From Tubulanus polymorphus (taxonomy: Eukaryota > Animalia > Nemertea), in contig NC_134031.1 in assembly GCF_964204645.1 (NCBI RefSeq), positions 5,146,001-5,210,000 of the forward strand: a DNA stretch of 64,000 nucleotides, written 5' to 3'. Numbering within the stretch: the stretch's first letter is position 1; each line of letters opens with the position of its first letter. A model generated the notes under the pieces. The model was not told the DNA's origin, searched no databases, and saw only the letters and a list, made by a program, of their open reading frames with translations. This document shows, one piece after another, positions 1 to 12,043 of the stretch. The position numbers and the translations under genes were made by a program.

Positions 1-155
1 AAATCCAGTACGTTGAAGTATTTTCACCTAAGAATCTCTTTTAAACATCATTTACCGATTGATGATGTTCAGTATTTAAGCTCCTCGACTTAAGCTATTT
101 ACCCGGTATTTTGGAATCTCAGTAGAATTTCAATTATCTGATTTTCTTTGTTCAG

Positions 156-501
156 GAAACTGATTTCAAAAGACCTTTACGTGAACCTTCTAACGCAGAA
201 TTAGATTCAATGAAATTGCGGTATTACAGCCCTGAAGCCCATCGAGGCGCTTTCATGTTACCCAGATTTGCCCGTCAGGTAATTTCAAACATTTTGAATA
301 TACTGTTGAAGACATTTCTATTTTTTTTTAAATCTCAATTTATATTTGCAATTCAATTTTTTATAAGTCATCCGACTACTACGTGATATGATCTTCACAA
401 CTGTGACGACTTCTGTGCCAGTTTCGTTTCACTCAAAGAAACATGATTTTATTAATATTTTGTAATTATTGTTTTTCTGTTTTCAGGAACTTTCAAGTTG
501 A
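156..501 (+). CDS. SRM: Spermidine synthase, last two coding exons (5' part outside window)
   Basis: Exons 156-278 (ttcag|..|gt) and 487-501 translate ETDFKRPLREPSNAELDSMKLRYYSPEAHRGAFMLPRFARQ-ELSS*, matching the spermidine synthase C-terminal LKYY...HRAAFxLP motif; AATAAA at 669-674. Confidence 0.85.
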
Positions 502-1910
502 ATATTTTGAATGGGTGTCATCTGTCAGAGGCTACTGTCTGTCTGTCTGCGTGTATTCTGTATGTTATATATGCTCAATTCACTGTGTACTAGAAACTGC
601 TAGTCAAATTTGCTGAGATTTTTTAATGAAATCATCATTCCACTTTTTAATAGATGACAAGTGAAAAAAATAAATCTATATATTTTTCAATCGTAAGAAT
701 GAATTTGTTTGTTTGTTGAAGTTTCTTATCACCAGACACCGGTTTTATCGGTCCATTCATATTGGACCGGTCTAAAATAGAGGGGACCAATTTGGAACAG
801 ACATTTTACAAATGTAAAGCTTGGTCCGATCTCCCGACTCGTAGGACTCGAAACGGCGATCTCCAGCTTGCCAGTCGAGGAGTGTATACACATTATATAT
901 TGACGAAGAAATTTAAAACAAGACACATTTAGAATAATTTATCTAAGATTCAAAGATAACATAGAAAATACACAGAGAAACGTGACGTACAAAATGATCG
1001 ATCGATAACATTCATTGAATATTATTAAAATAGTCAATATTGTTTAAAACCACCAAGATTCGTATTTTTACGTCGAATGGAACTACAAGATAGAAAGTAA
1101 AGTAGACACGAGGTTTGTGCCCCCTTGAGGATGAGATAATGTACAAACAACTAACGCCCCCTAGAGGACTGATTTGGTAACATATATACATGTATAGTAT
1201 ACCCGTTGCATAAATCGTACATTCGAGTTTCGTTGATCGAGAAATTAAGATTTGGTTCATCTGAATTTTAGCATTTTCCACATGTTAATCATCGAACTGT
1301 AATCCAAACAGACACTGATAAATGCAAACCGTCCCGAGATGAATTCAAATTCTCAAATAGATCCTCGCTATAGCCCGGATCCGATGCCTCCCGCGGCCGA
1401 AACTACCGGGTCGGAGTCAGCCAACTGACCCTCGTGGCCTGCGAGGGCGAGACGTCACAGCGCCCCCTGGCTTCAGTATTTAGTACAAAACTTGCATTTT
1501 ACAATATGTTTAATATATACACAATTTTCAACACATTTATACGTATTTTTTGATAAAACAAACGAAATGAATTCAATATTTTCGACATCAAGTTTTTTGT
1601 TGTTTATTGAATTCACATTAAAACATTCACAATTTACTTATATAAAATTATTTGACTGCCTGACTGAGTGACTGACTGACTGAATTACTGTTTATATACA
1701 TGAATGTTTGCACTGTAACTTCAGTGTACCTTCACCTTCAGTGCCGAAATTCAACCTTCTCTTCCTTACGAGTTCTCTTATTTCACTGCCGCATTCGGCT
1801 GACTTTTTTTTACAACATAGACATTATTTTTCGTAGATAAATAATTCAGTAACGTTATCTCTGTTTCCGCCCACGCTGCTGCTGCTGCTGCTGCTGCTAC
1901 AATCTATAGT

Positions 1911-4900
1911 TTACCAAACCGAACATTTATGATGTGGATTCATACGACTTCCTTTAGGACAATTATACGCCTTGGCGAAATCTGCCGAATTGGACAACGG
2001 TCCTAAAACTCTGAAGTAGAAAGTTAAATAAGTTCATTAGATTACGTCTATTCGGACGCTTCAATCTGTGGGTCTGGTATAAGTAATATTTACCTGATTT
2101 GGCCAGGACTGTGCACTGAGGTTCTTATTGTATGTAAAGCTTCCTCGTCTCGCATATTACCACACCAGATCTACAACAACACATTCAATATATAAAACTA
2201 TACTCTCACAATTATATAGTATTAAATATATAGTATTATATGGTATCAAAATGCTAATATAGTATATGGATATTTCTAAAAATTTCTATATGTTTTTGGT
2301 ATTTTTCATTACTATTTCTTTTATTTATATCTATTTCTACCTGTGCGAAATTGAGGAAGAATAATTGATTATGTGTTAATCCTATTCCTGGTAGGGGTTG
2401 TTCCTCTCCGTTCTTTTCCACCCATTTCTGATATGCCTGCAATGAAACACACATTCGAGACACGATTATAAATAGTGACAACGCGACAGGGTGTCGAGAA
2501 CTATTGCCAAAATTGGATTAATCAAACAGTTTTTACCGTCGCTTTCTCTCGAAATACACGATTTTTATTCAAGTTAGACGGAAAACTGGTCATGAATATG
2601 TTAAGTATTTTTGCTAAGCTTTAGATAGATATAGACCTGAAGATCTGAAAACAATTCGGTTATACTTACACGATATGATTCTTTCAAACCGCCATTATCC
2701 GCAATGTTTTCTCCTTGAGTATTTCTGCCATCGATCTAGATTTAAAAAACCGAATCGTTACGATCACACGTACTTTATACAGCTGATAAAACAGTCAATC
2801 GGTTTGCGCTGATTACTGGAAGCCCGAACGGCTCTAGTTTGAACTGTGAGTACTGATCTATCATGCACTGAGCCCGATTCCTGAAAGCTTCAATCGTTTC
2901 ATTCGTCCACCATTTTCTCATGTTTCCATCTTTATCAAATTGTCGTCCTATGAATGAAGAAAGTACTTATGTATAAATTTATCAAGCCTTTTAATGATAT
3001 TGTGGAATAGCCCCGGTGCTGATGCCTCTGATGCGGAGAACATGCAGATAATAAGTTTAAACCCACACAGAATTTAAGAGATTAGAAACGAATTTTATTC
3101 ATCGAGAATTGAAACCAAAATACACGACGTTTCGAACTCGCTCTCGTGGTCATCGTCAGGTGTCAGGGAATAACTATAGAAATCGTATTTAGTATTTCAA
3201 ATTGTTTTTAAAACCTTTAATGAAAGTATTAACGATCAAAATGGTTTATTTTCTTAACACAAATCATAGAAACAACAAAATAGAACATTGAGAAATTAAT
3301 TCGATTTGAAAAGATGACCAAACTTCAAATATTCTTCTAAAAACGTAATTTCTAAGATTAATAGACGGGATGTATATAAACCGTACTATCGGTGATGTAA
3401 CGGGTCGTGTTTAGGTCGCATTTACCTTTATCGTCGAATCCGTGAGTGATCTCGTGACCTATTACAACTCCGATTCCTCCGTAGTTCAACGATTTCGGGA
3501 AATCAGCGCTATAAAACAACGGTTGTAAAATCCCAGCCGGAAACACTACAAATAATATCATCATTAAAACATTCATTCGGTTTCACATTTCAAGTAAACT
3601 ATAGAGACTCAGTTCCACAGTTCACTCACAGTTAAATAGTTAGATTAAACTTCATCTCAGAGTTAACTCTAACTCACAACTGTGGAACTGGGTCCAGAGT
3701 TCAGAGGTAACTCACAACTGTAGAACTGCGATTATCATGTTTTAACGAGTTAAAAGCTGATAGCTGGGCCCCTTACCTATATCATTGGTATTCGGATTAT
3801 AGAAGGCATTGACGATGGCTGGTTCTTGTTCCCAACTGTAAATACATATATTTGATATTGAAATATTAAATGGACCGATCCTTTAGTTAAACAGATATAA
3901 CTGGATACGTAAAGATGAATCTGACCTGTTTTTATCCACTGAATGTCGTAATTTTTCAAAGTTTCTCTTCGCGTCGAACTGTTCAATCTTCAGTACGTTA
4001 TCGAAAAAATGATCCTCCGTAAATTCAAGCTAAAGATTAGAAAATAGATGAAACGTTGATTGATATCAGTCGGTTATTTATTAGTAGAAATTCTGCTGCC
4101 TTTATCGAACTTACCCTTTTATAATAGCTATTCAATTCATCCGGTTTAGTGATGAATTCTGGGTACCCGATCCTTTCATTCATTGCATCAGCCTAAAAAT
4201 ATACAATTTTTCCTCCAAATATGGGTAGGATAATGTTGTAATACATGTAGAAGCGAGTTTCATAGATCTCTCCAAAATGGCGGCCTTTTGAAGCGCATTG
4301 AACTGTCTCTATTCAAAGTGGTGTCCAATTATTATGAATCTGAACGATGCACATCTAGCGAAATTCCAGGACAATCGATTATGTTAATTTTTGGCAAATG
4401 TTTTAAAGATGAGTAGAGAGAAACTCGCAGGACATAAACGCTTCCTTTATCGTTCTGGTATTTATCGGTACCTTTTCCTTTGCTACTGCTTTAGTTTTAG
4501 CATCCATCCAATCATTCTCCAGTAGTAATTCATTGAACGCTTCACGGATGTTGTGTATCATCTCAAGCGCCTGTCAAAATAAATTACAGTCGTCAAATTG
4601 TAGAAATCATACGAAAAATATTACTAGAATGTTTCAAATGGTTTATCTAACTGTGCTGCCATCCATGTGTGTCTTTTTGTGAAATAATCTAAGTAATGTG
4701 GTTGTATTCGTAGTAGGATTTGATAAGTTCTCCAGTGGAAGCTATGTTTCCCAGTGGAAGCTATGTTCCCCAGTTGTAGCTATCTTTTTCCACTGGTAGC
4801 TATGTTGTCCAGTGGTAGTTATATGCACACATGTGGTTGATAGCTTCCCACTGGTGGCTATGCTCCCCCAGTGGTAGCTATGCTCCTCCAGTGGTAGCTA

Positions 4901-7900
4901 TGCTCCTCCAGTGGTAGCTATGTTCCTCCAGTGGTAGCTATGCTCCTCCAGTGGTAGCTATGCTCCTCCACTGGTGGCTATGCTCCTCCAGTGGTAGCTA
5001 TGCTCCTCCAGTGGTAGCTATGTTCCTCCAGTGGTAGCTATGTACCTCCAGTGGTAGCTATGTAAACAAGTGGTTGACAGTTTCTCAGTGGTAGCTATAT
5101 TCCTGACATACCGTATCCTTGCTTTCCTTTTTGAAGTTATCTCTGATAAACAGGGCTCCTACACCCATTCCAAACCGTTCGTTGACCAGCTCAACACATT
5201 TCTGCCATCTGGCCTTATCTCTGCCAACTCCCTACGAAAATAAACCGTCCCATCTTCACTTTTAGATAACATGCATAACAGTGTCACTCAAACAGATTGT
5301 CAAAAGTGAAATTATATAATACAATAGTACACATTATTATCAAAACGGAGCATTTAACTTTAGCCTATAAGCAATCAAGCATCTCAAGATGATTGCTCGT
5401 AGCTCTAGCCAACAGAATCAAGATCCAGTTCTACAGTTGTGAGTTCAGATTTGACTCAACTGCGGAACTGGATCCTGAGTTCAGAGTTAACTCTAACTCA
5501 CAGCTGTTGAACTGGATCCTGAGTTCAGAGTCAACTCTAACTCACGACTGCGGAACTGTAAGTAAAGCCAATATCATTCTAGTCGAACATGCTCCCGGTT
5601 ATATTGCCAATTATTTTACCTGGATGACTTTCATGTACATGTTCCTCTGAATGGTGAAGTCATCCGTCAACTCAGGCGCGTACGCCATTACTATCCGCCA
5701 TAATAGATAGTTCGAGATTATCCTGAAAAATAAGACTTAGATCTAATATGTTTATCTATGGTGAGTGATAAAGGTTGATTGGAATATATTTGTACCTATA
5801 CCTTTTCGGTGTTTTACGAATAAGAATTCCGAGATTTTTCAGATAAGATTTCGCAAGTACAATCACTTCTTCGGTCTCGTCCAGTTCTGCCGGAATGAAT
5901 CCTCTAAAGTATTTCAACCAGTCAATCTGCGCATTAAAAATTATCTATCATTAGATTGAAATCAAGATGATGAGAGGATAAACAGAAATCTAGGATCACT
6001 TATTCCAAAATATGACCGAATCTTAGAATTTCGTAGAAATCTCAATTTGTCTCAATTGTGCTACCCATGTAGTTTTGATGACTAAAGCGACTGTCAGACT
6101 ATAAATTCCATCGCTAGATAAATATCTTAAAATTTCTTAGATTTGCCTATGATTTGAAACAATTCAATTTTCACGGTGATGATCTATGTATAGGATCGTC
6201 TGCTACCAATCACTAACCTGCGGTACTTCATTACGTAATTGTTTCAAGGTCATTTTCTCGTAAGCGGCATCGGCATCGTGTTGTTCCGACAACGATTTTG
6301 TAATCTGCCAAATACCGAACACAAACATTTGATTGCAAAATATTTCTATCAAGAATTGTCTTTAAGCGGGTGGCATAATCATAATTGGACTCACGTTGGC
6401 CAGCTGTATTTCAAAGTTCAGTACATCTTCGGCGAGTTCTTTTTTAGCCCGAATTGGGTCGGCTCCGAGAATGCCGGCAACGTTCGTCATGAATTCCTTA
6501 TAGGCGTTTATATGTAACGAGTCGATATCCTGCAAGTAGTAGTCTCTACTAGGCATACCCAGTCCCGCCTGATTCACCTAAACAAATTCACAAAAACCAA
6601 TTAGACATAAAACCACAACTCTGATAAATTGTTTCGACATTCTTCGTAAGCTGCGAAAACAAATTAGTCACTAAAACCAATTATTTTCGCCTAGTAGCTT
6701 CATTAACTACGGGTTTCTATTCGCAAGGAAAGCGCCTTCCACGTGTCGTATGCGGGATATAAATTGCCGTATTAAGAAACAGACGATGACACATGAAATA
6801 GGTTTAACTTCGCCGTCAATACGTCGCTTATTATCATTAGAAGATGTTTTTATGTGAGAATTTCGCGTCCGGTTTGAATTTAATGAGCAGAAACCGAATT
6901 GAATTCGCACTTGTTAAAGACGTGTGTGACATCAAAACTATTCGGTATATACGAGTTTAATGATTTCTAAGAGAATTGTGAAATTGCGTGGTACTGGGAA
7001 CTATAGGGTAGTTATTGTACTGGGATTTATGGGTGATATTGGGGACAGTTTTAACCAATGGATAACTGGCAAAGCGATAATTGACATTGCATTGTTATTA
7101 CAGCATTTATCTGTGATTGTTATCTTTAATAAACCAATTTTGAGCAACTCAGAAGCAACTCCTGATTTACTGACCCCTTATTACCTGACCCCTGATTAAC
7201 TGACCACTGAGTAACTGACCCCTTATTACCTGACCCCTGATTAACTGACCACTGAGTAACTGACCCCTGATTAACTGACCCTGAGTAACTGACCCCTGAT
7301 TAACTGACCCCTTGTCTCGCACTGATAAAGGTACGTACTGTAAGCACATAAGCTGATGAATTTCTATCGTCTATTCCTACGTATGATTTCACTAATAACG
7401 GCGCGTGATACTTCACACGAAGAAACGCCAGCTTTTCCTCCAAATTCCACAGATTTTCGTCCCATTTTCCAGCAACGACCGGCCACCCGTCCAACGTGTC
7501 TAATACCTTACGTAATGGACCGTCACCGATCACTTTAATTTGGGCTACAAAAAATGACATGAGAAAAGTAAATTAATCTGGAGCGGCATATAATACCTGT
7601 CGTGGTAAGGCTGTGCATTCTTAAGTTTATTTTGCTCGGAGCGCTAACACCTAAGTCTTCGTACGGCTTGAGCTGCTTGATCTATAGAACTAACCCTCCC
7701 CAGTGAAGTATATCCCTGTTTTCAATATGGCTGCGGTTTGATATGGCTGATACTTACTCGTGTTCATACAGGATTTATACAACACTTTAGCTTTATTTCG
7801 GGCGTCCGAGTCTGATTCTGTGGTCGGCTCTTCTAACAAACCTGACAATGAATAAATACACAATTCATCAGGGCTGGTTTTAAAACCAGTATCAATATTA

Positions 7901-9560
7901 AACAACATCATTCATCAATTCTTTCACGGGCAAAATTGATATGTAATTTAAACTGTCTTTCGAATGATTTATTTATTGATCATGGTCAAACAGAAATAAA
8001 GAAAATACATCGTGAAAGTTTTCTCGCTTATAAAACTTTCTATTTAAGAATTTGAAAACGAAATTCATTAAAATATCAAAATCTAAAGTATGCGAAATTG
8101 ATTCGTTCTCTCACCAGAGACTCGCGTCCGATCGTGGTTATTCTACTACTGTATTTACCTTTTAACTAACAGTTGTTTTTGTTGCAGGGACAGTGAGATG
8201 ACCAGGAGAGGTTTTGGGGACCGGGGCAGAACATACCTCTCAACATAACTTGTACATTATCGAGTAACTTCTCGAACACGTTATAACCGGATTTTTCGTC
8301 CGGTATAGGATGAGTCCTATCCCAAATACCGCAAGCAAACCCGTAAAAATCATCGCAAGGTTCCACTTCCACATCCACCGAAGATAAAATCATACTAGCT
8401 AAAAACAACATCAAATAATAACGTGCTACATGAGATTATAGTACAGTCAAAGTCCGTTATAACGCTGCCACACCGCTCTCTAAACGCCAGCATCTTTCAG
8501 AGATCACATTCCCACAATTTAACTCAAACTCAAAGGAAATAAGATTTTTTATAACGTTGCCAAATTCGTTATAACGTCATATTTTTCATTGGCCCCAACA
8601 GTGGCAAAGGACTTCTACTGTTTATTCATGCATCACTTCACCTCACCAGAAATATATAAGTTATAAAAGATCCAGGGACCAGTTGTGCAGTTGTGACTGA
8701 AGTCTAAACGTGGTGTAGTTTTGAGTCAATATACTGATCTTAAGTTGATAGATTGGCTATAGAACTAAGGTGGCCGAAGACAGTTCCTAAATATAAGCCA
8801 TCACTGTACAACTGGCCCGTTTACAGACTATGAACGTTTTCTCGTTGATTTTGGTTGTAGCTGGTTTTATATACTACGATAATAAAACCGGTATGAAAGC
8901 TTTCATTTGAAATAATCTAAGTGAAACTGTTATAAAACGACAAGCGACAAACTGACGGCCATTTGACTGCCAATATATCGCATGATGTGAGCAATACTCG
9001 TAACGCACATGGACAAGCATGATTCCCGAATTCTAATAATGTTTTGTTTACCCTTTTGACCAGTATAGTAACCGACCAAAAAACGTTCATGTCCATTGAA
9101 GTGTGAGAAGACCTCGACCTTGACCGGAGTTGAGAAATGAATGATTTATGCAAATTAGGCTCTCTCTCAACTCAGGAAGCAGTCGTGAAGTTTGGTTAGA
9201 TTATTCAAACCTCGCAAAATGAGAAACAGATAAAGAAATTGGATATCATTAAAAATAGATAAACAAGCCATACACCAGTAAACTACATAAAAATTAAAAC
9301 TACAGAATATAGCATGCTAGTTCTAAAAAGCTCGTTACAGGGCAGCACTGAGAAGCGTAGCTGATGAGTAGAACGTGCGGGTATACCCCGTCGTGTACCT
9401 TTCAAACTAATTCTTAATCCATCTTTAAGTTCTATAAACGTATTGATTTTTGGTTTATCGTCCGGTATTATATGTTTTTTCACCCACATGCCGCAGGCGA
9501 ATTGATAAAAGTTATCGCACGGTTTGACCGTCGTGTCCATAGCTTCCATGATTTTGGCAG
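1911..9560 (-). CDS. Neprilysin-like M13 zinc metallopeptidase, 5'-incomplete
   Basis: Phase-consistent GT-AG exons: 9399-9560 or 8237-8398, 7758-7841, 7339-7544, 6395-6577, 6218-6304, 5802-5926, 5620-5722, 5112-5231, 4472-4570, 4115-4192, 3926-4029, 3777-3835, 3426-3545, 2817-2947, 2670-2735, 2341-2436, 2094-2170, 1911-2010. Motifs [13 protein letters not shown], [14 protein letters not shown] (Zn), [17 protein letters not shown]-terminal CSVW*. TM and CxxxxC exons not found. Confidence 0.95.
3122..3163 (-). ncRNA. Minimal type I hammerhead ribozyme motif (Penelope-like), intronic
   Basis: Minus strand ACAC-CTGACGA-tgaccacgagagcgagttc-GAAAC-GTC-GTGT: CUGANGA core, imperfect stem II, GAAA, GUC triplet, 4-bp stem I. 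Confidence 0.6.
3606..3695. mobile_element. MITE family A (CCAGTTCCACAGT...ACTGTGGAACTGG)
   Basis: Inverted ends; related copies at 5422-5560, 8675-8818, ~15425-15453, 33785-33904, 56254-56362. Confidence 0.6.
4731..5099. repeat. 20-bp minisatellite (CCAGTGGTAGCTATGCTCCT)n in neprilysin intron
   Basis: Direct tandem units, most regular 4851-5062. Confidence 0.9.
5422..5560. mobile_element. MITE family A copy with internal partial duplications
   Basis: gatccagttctacagttgtgagtt...actgcggaactg; repeated ggatcctgagttcagag. Confidence 0.55.
7170..7311. repeat. 15-bp minisatellite (CTGACCCCTGATTAA)n
   Basis: Tandem variants ctgaccccttattac / ctgacccctgattaa / ctgaccactgagtaa just inside an intron. 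Confidence 0.9.
8237..8398 (-). CDS. Neprilysin alternative exon B (162 nt, phase 1-1)
   Basis: ttag|...|gt boundaries; [53 protein letters not shown]; homologous to 9399-9560. Confidence 0.85.
8444..8620. mobile_element. Tc1/mariner-like MITE
   Basis: TA|CAGTCAAAGTCC...GGACTTCTACTG inverted ends with internal TTATAACG motifs. Confidence 0.5.
8675..8818. mobile_element. MITE family A-related (Harbinger-like GGG..CCC ends)
   Basis: gggaccagttgtgcagt ... actgtacaactggccc. Confidence 0.55.
9399..9560 (-). CDS. Neprilysin alternative exon A (162 nt, phase 1-1)
   Basis: aag|...|gt boundaries; [53 protein letters not shown]. Confidence 0.85.
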
Positions 9561-10402
9561 CTTTTTTTGAAAAGAAAACAAAGCGAGAAAGTTTCAACGA
9601 ATTCAGCATAACGTATATCAACAGTTAGCGATCGGCAATTCAGAATTGAACAATGTAACCTTAACCAGATCAACCCGGTATATAGGGATGGTCGTTCTCA
9701 ATACAAGCATAAAATGAAAATGACGGAGTGATTTAGCTGTTGGATCTCAGAAATCTACTTTTAATATCGGAGCCGACGGTAACAGGTTCTGCTATATCGA
9801 TATGTGACCGAGGGCGGGTCAATACTCCATCGCAGTTAACGATCTCGGTGTCGCTATATCGGTCGGGTTGGTCGACTCGATAACAGGCTACTGGACCAAT
9901 ATTTCCAATAGGCCTACCATTCAATTTGAATAAAACATTCTACCAATCCCACCTTGCATAGGCCTATTGGTTCTGTATTCTGGTTTTAAGATCTAAGCCT
10001 CCAGTGTCGTTGCCTGTAGGAGTGGTCACGAGTGTGTAACCGTTAGATAACGTGATAACGTGGGCTGACACTTACAGACAGACGTTATATCCGGACAACG
10101 ATTAAATAATGTCATGTCTCTTTGTAGTGTGATTCGTTTTTTTAATCAATTATCTCAATTAACTTCTATTTCGAGAATGGTGAGATTATTGACTCTTCAG
10201 GAGACCACATTTTTTCAGGCTATATATAAATTGCTATTCACGTTGTTCACAAGGTGATCTTGATCCGGCAGAAATAAGCGACAGTATAAAACCTGCGAAC
10301 AATAGACACTCAAGCCTTATTTAGTTCTGATATTATCCGCAAAACCAAAGCGGCGCTGATGTATGACGTACTAATTAATTGTCAGTACTCGTGTGCGTTT
10401 TG

Positions 10403-12043
10403 TATGGTGGCTGATTAGGGCCAAGTTAAAAAAAAAAAATTTCGTGCAATATACCATGCAAAAAATATATTGCATCGTTTCTGCGTCCGTTTCTGCGCGG
10501 CGCAAAAACGAAATTTACCGCGCTAAAACGCGCCAAAACGAGCGCAGAAACGAAATTTCGTTTTAGCGCCCGTTTTGGCGCGTTTTAGCGCGGTGATTTC
10601 TCGTTTTTGCGCCCCGCAAAAACGAACTTCGTTTCTGCGTCCGTTTTTGCGGGGCGCAAAAACGAAATTTACCGCGCAGAAACGCGCCAAAACGAGCGCA
10701 GAAACGAACCTTCGTTTTAGCGCCCGTTTTGGCGCGTTTTAGCGCGGTGATTTCTCGTTTTTGCGCCCCGCAAAAACGAACTTCGTTTCTGCGTCCGTTT
10801 TTGCGGGGCGCAAAAACGAAATTTACCGCGCAGAAACGCGCCAAAACGAGCGCAGAAACGAACCTTCGTTTTAGCGCCCGTTTTGGCGCGTTTTAGCGCG
10901 GTGATTTCTCGTTTTTGCGCCCCGCAAAAACGAACTTAGTTTCTGCGTCCGTTTTTGCGCGGCGCAAAAACGACATTTACCGCGCAGAAACGCGCCAAAA
11001 CGAGCGCAGAAACGAACGTTCGTTTTAGCGCCCGTTTTGGCGCGTTTCTGCGCGGTGATTTCTCGTTTTTGCGCCGCGCAAAAACGAACTTCGTTTCTGC
11101 GTCCGTTTTTGCGCGGCGCAAAAACGAAATTTACCGCGCAGAAACGCGCTAAAACGAGCGCAGAAACGAACTTTCGTTTTAGCGCCCGTTTTGGCGCGTT
11201 TTAGCGCGGTGATTTCTCGTTTTTGCGCCGCGCAAAAACGAACTTCGTTTCTTCGTTCATGCGCGGTAATTTTGGTCGGATGGTGGCGCCAGGGTTCATC
11301 TCGTGATACTAATTACGGCCTTAAAACGTTGTATTATTATACCAATTATTTTCTAATTAATTTAATTTTCAGAGTTACGTTTATACGCAATAAAACTTCC
11401 TTTATCGGTGATTTTCTGATTTTTTACGAAAGCCAGTAGCACTGCCTTCACTTAAAAGTAAACAAATTCAAATTAAATATTTGTAAAATTGACGTTTTGA
11501 TGCGGTAGCCAGTGCGTCAAGAATAGTGGTTATATTCACGGTTGAGAAGAGAGTAGGGCGTGCGCGTGTAGTTACCACGTGGTGCCGTTGTGACCTAGAA
11601 TGCACGGCTCGGGACTGCACCACGTGGTAAAAATGGACGCATAAACGAAGTTCGTTTTTGCGGGGCGCAAAAACGAGAAATCACCGCGCTAAAACGCGCC
11701 AAAACGGGCGCTAAAACGAAAGTTCGTTTCTGCGCTCGTTTTGGCGCGTTTCTGCGCGGTAAATTTCGTTTTTGCGCGGCGCAAAAACGGACGCAGAAAC
11801 GAACTTCGTTTTTGCGCGGCGCAAAAACGAGAAATCACCGCGCAGAAACGCGCCAAAACGGGCGCTAAAACGAAATTTCGTTTCTGCGCTCGTTTTGGCG
11901 CGTTTTAGCGCGGTAAATTTCGTTTTTGCGCCGCGCAGAAACGGACGCAGAAACGATGCAATATATTTTTTGCATGGTATATTCCACGAATTTTTTTTTT
12001 TTTACTTGGCCCTAATCAGCCACCATACTAATCAGCCACCATA
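10403..12043. mobile_element. Non-autonomous foldback-type element with long TIR arms built of 154-bp tandem repeats
   Basis: Outer TIR TATGGTGGCTGATTAGGGCCAAGT-polyA-...CATGCAAAAAATATATTGC at 10403 and its reverse complement ending 12027; ~5 units left arm, ~2 inverted units right arm, unique core ~11264-11637; no coding capacity; no TSD seen. Confidence 0.85.

Noticed and set aside
7167-7349. QLIRG-repeat ORF
   Set aside because: 15-bp intronic minisatellite read through from a real exon.
9670-9730. SFSFYACIENDHPYIPG (and FGNHAC at ~9010) as a third alternative exon
   Set aside because: Lacks PC and GxW, has a stop and no proper splice sites; likely chance.
10476-11250. CRISPR-like appearance of palindromic repeats
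   Set aside because: No unique spacers, no cas genes, eukaryotic spliced context.
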